From positions 1 to 5,744 of IMG/VR virus record IMGVR_UViG_3300045988_003171: a stretch of DNA of 5,744 bases; one strand, 5' to 3'. A program made the translations under genes and the position numbers. Below the pieces are notes generated by a model. The model was not told the origin of the DNA. It made no database searches and saw nothing but the letters and a program-made list of their open reading frames with translations. Below are positions 5,307 to 5,744 of this stretch, piece after piece. How positions within the stretch are numbered: the stretch's first letter is position 1; each line of letters starts with the position of its first letter. Source of the DNA: a virus.

Positions 5307-5412
5307 AAGCGGAGCGGGTCGAGGCGACCAGAAACATTTTACCCAGACTGCAAAGCGGGTAAAAAACATCAACGTTCGACCGAAGGTATCACGAGGCGGG
5401 ATTAGATTATAA
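5296..5412 (+). CDS. 38-aa Arg/Lys-rich small protein, J / ORF8(VP8)-like DNA-binding (packaging) protein
   Basis: It is below the ORF-track length cut-off. Hand translation gives MAHRSGAGRGDQKHFTQTAKRVKNINVRPKVSRGGIRL*. GAAGGGGG (5281-5288) lies 7 nt upstream of the ATG. The basic composition and C-terminal RGGIRL resemble the small basic proteins of gokushoviruses and phiX174 J (also about 38 aa). Confidence 0.65.
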   Translation: MAHRSGAGRGDQKHFTQTAKRVKNINVRPKVSRGGIRL

Positions 5413-5442
5413 ACCATACAAACAAAGAAAGGAGGTGAATTA

Positions 5443-5559
5443 ATGGCACTGATTAAGGTCAAGGACGTCAAGGAAGCAATCGAGCTGATGATGAGCATCC
5501 TTGAAAAGCTCGATGAAATCTACCACGCACTGAAGGACGCGGGCAAAAACGAAGAGTAA
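5443..5559 (+). CDS. Hypothetical 38-aa acidic helical protein
   Basis: It is below the ORF-track cut-off. Translation gives MALIKVKDVKEAIELMMSILEKLDEIYHALKDAGKNEE*. A near-perfect SD, AGGAGGTGA (5430-5438), places GGAGG 7 nt from ATG 5443. Confidence 0.6.
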   Translation: MALIKVKDVKEAIELMMSILEKLDEIYHALKDAGKNEE

Positions 5560-5571
5560 AGGAGAAAAAAC

Positions 5572-5744
5572 ATGAAACTGAAATTCTATTCATTCCACGA
5601 TTCACTGACCAACGGCTACTCACAGCCGTTCTTGCAGAACAACAGGGCACAGGCAGTGCGAACGGCACGCTGGAAAGCAAACGAAAGCAAGCCGAGTGAA
5701 ATCGAAGATATTTCGCTCGTAGAACTGGGCGAGTTTGACACCGA
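5572..5744 (+). CDS. 5' part of the junction-spanning 84-aa VP5-like small protein, truncated by the window end and continuing at 23-104
   Basis: ATG 5572 is preceded by AAAGGAG (5558-5564) at 7-nt spacing. The N-terminus MKLKFYSFHDSLTNGYSQPFLQNNRAQAVRTARW...ISLVELGEFDTETG fits the pattern M.(K).F.v.D......(Q)PF......A.R.F....(F.L)..(G.FD...G) that I recall for small conserved Microviridae proteins. Confidence 0.7.
   Translation, partial: MKLKFYSFHDSLTNGYSQPFLQNNRAQAVRTARWKANESKPSEIEDISLVELGEFDT
5723..5744. repeat. Terminal redundancy, second copy of 1-22
   Basis: It is an exact 22/22 match to the window start. Confidence 0.95.

Overview
The window is a complete, circularly permuted Microviridae-type ssDNA phage genome. 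The first 22 nt (1-22) are identical to the last 22 nt (5723-5744), so the unique circle is 5722 nt. An ORF starting at 5572 reads in frame across the junction to a stop at 102-104. All supportable genes are on the + strand. In order they are: a small VP5-like protein (wraps the junction), a 141-aa acidic-tailed protein (candidate internal scaffold), the major capsid protein VP1/F family (542-2206), an intrinsic terminator, the minor capsid/DNA pilot protein VP2 (2245-3102), and a second intrinsic terminator. Next comes a roughly 300-nt non-coding region packed with TTCAACA iterons and one DnaA-box-like element, then an 11-bp stem-loop. After that come the HUH rolling-circle replication initiator VP4 (3441-4430), an extended -10 promoter and a LAS/M15-family zinc peptidase (4633-5025, likely lysis enzyme). 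A cluster of tiny genes follows: a 71-aa ORF, a 38-aa Arg-rich J/ORF8-like DNA-binding protein that is absent from the ORF track, and a 38-aa acidic ORF. The points most worth a second look are the iteron/DnaA-box array upstream of rep, an orphan strong Shine-Dalgarno separated from the VP2 start by the VP1 terminator hairpin (possible split RBS), the self-promoted low-GC peptidase cassette with no holin or signal peptide, and translation/promoter signals pointing to a non-Bacteroidetes host. The + strand is strongly A-rich and T-poor, which produces many long but spurious alternative-frame and antisense ORFs in the track. Every functional call rests on motif recognition by eye; no database search was possible.
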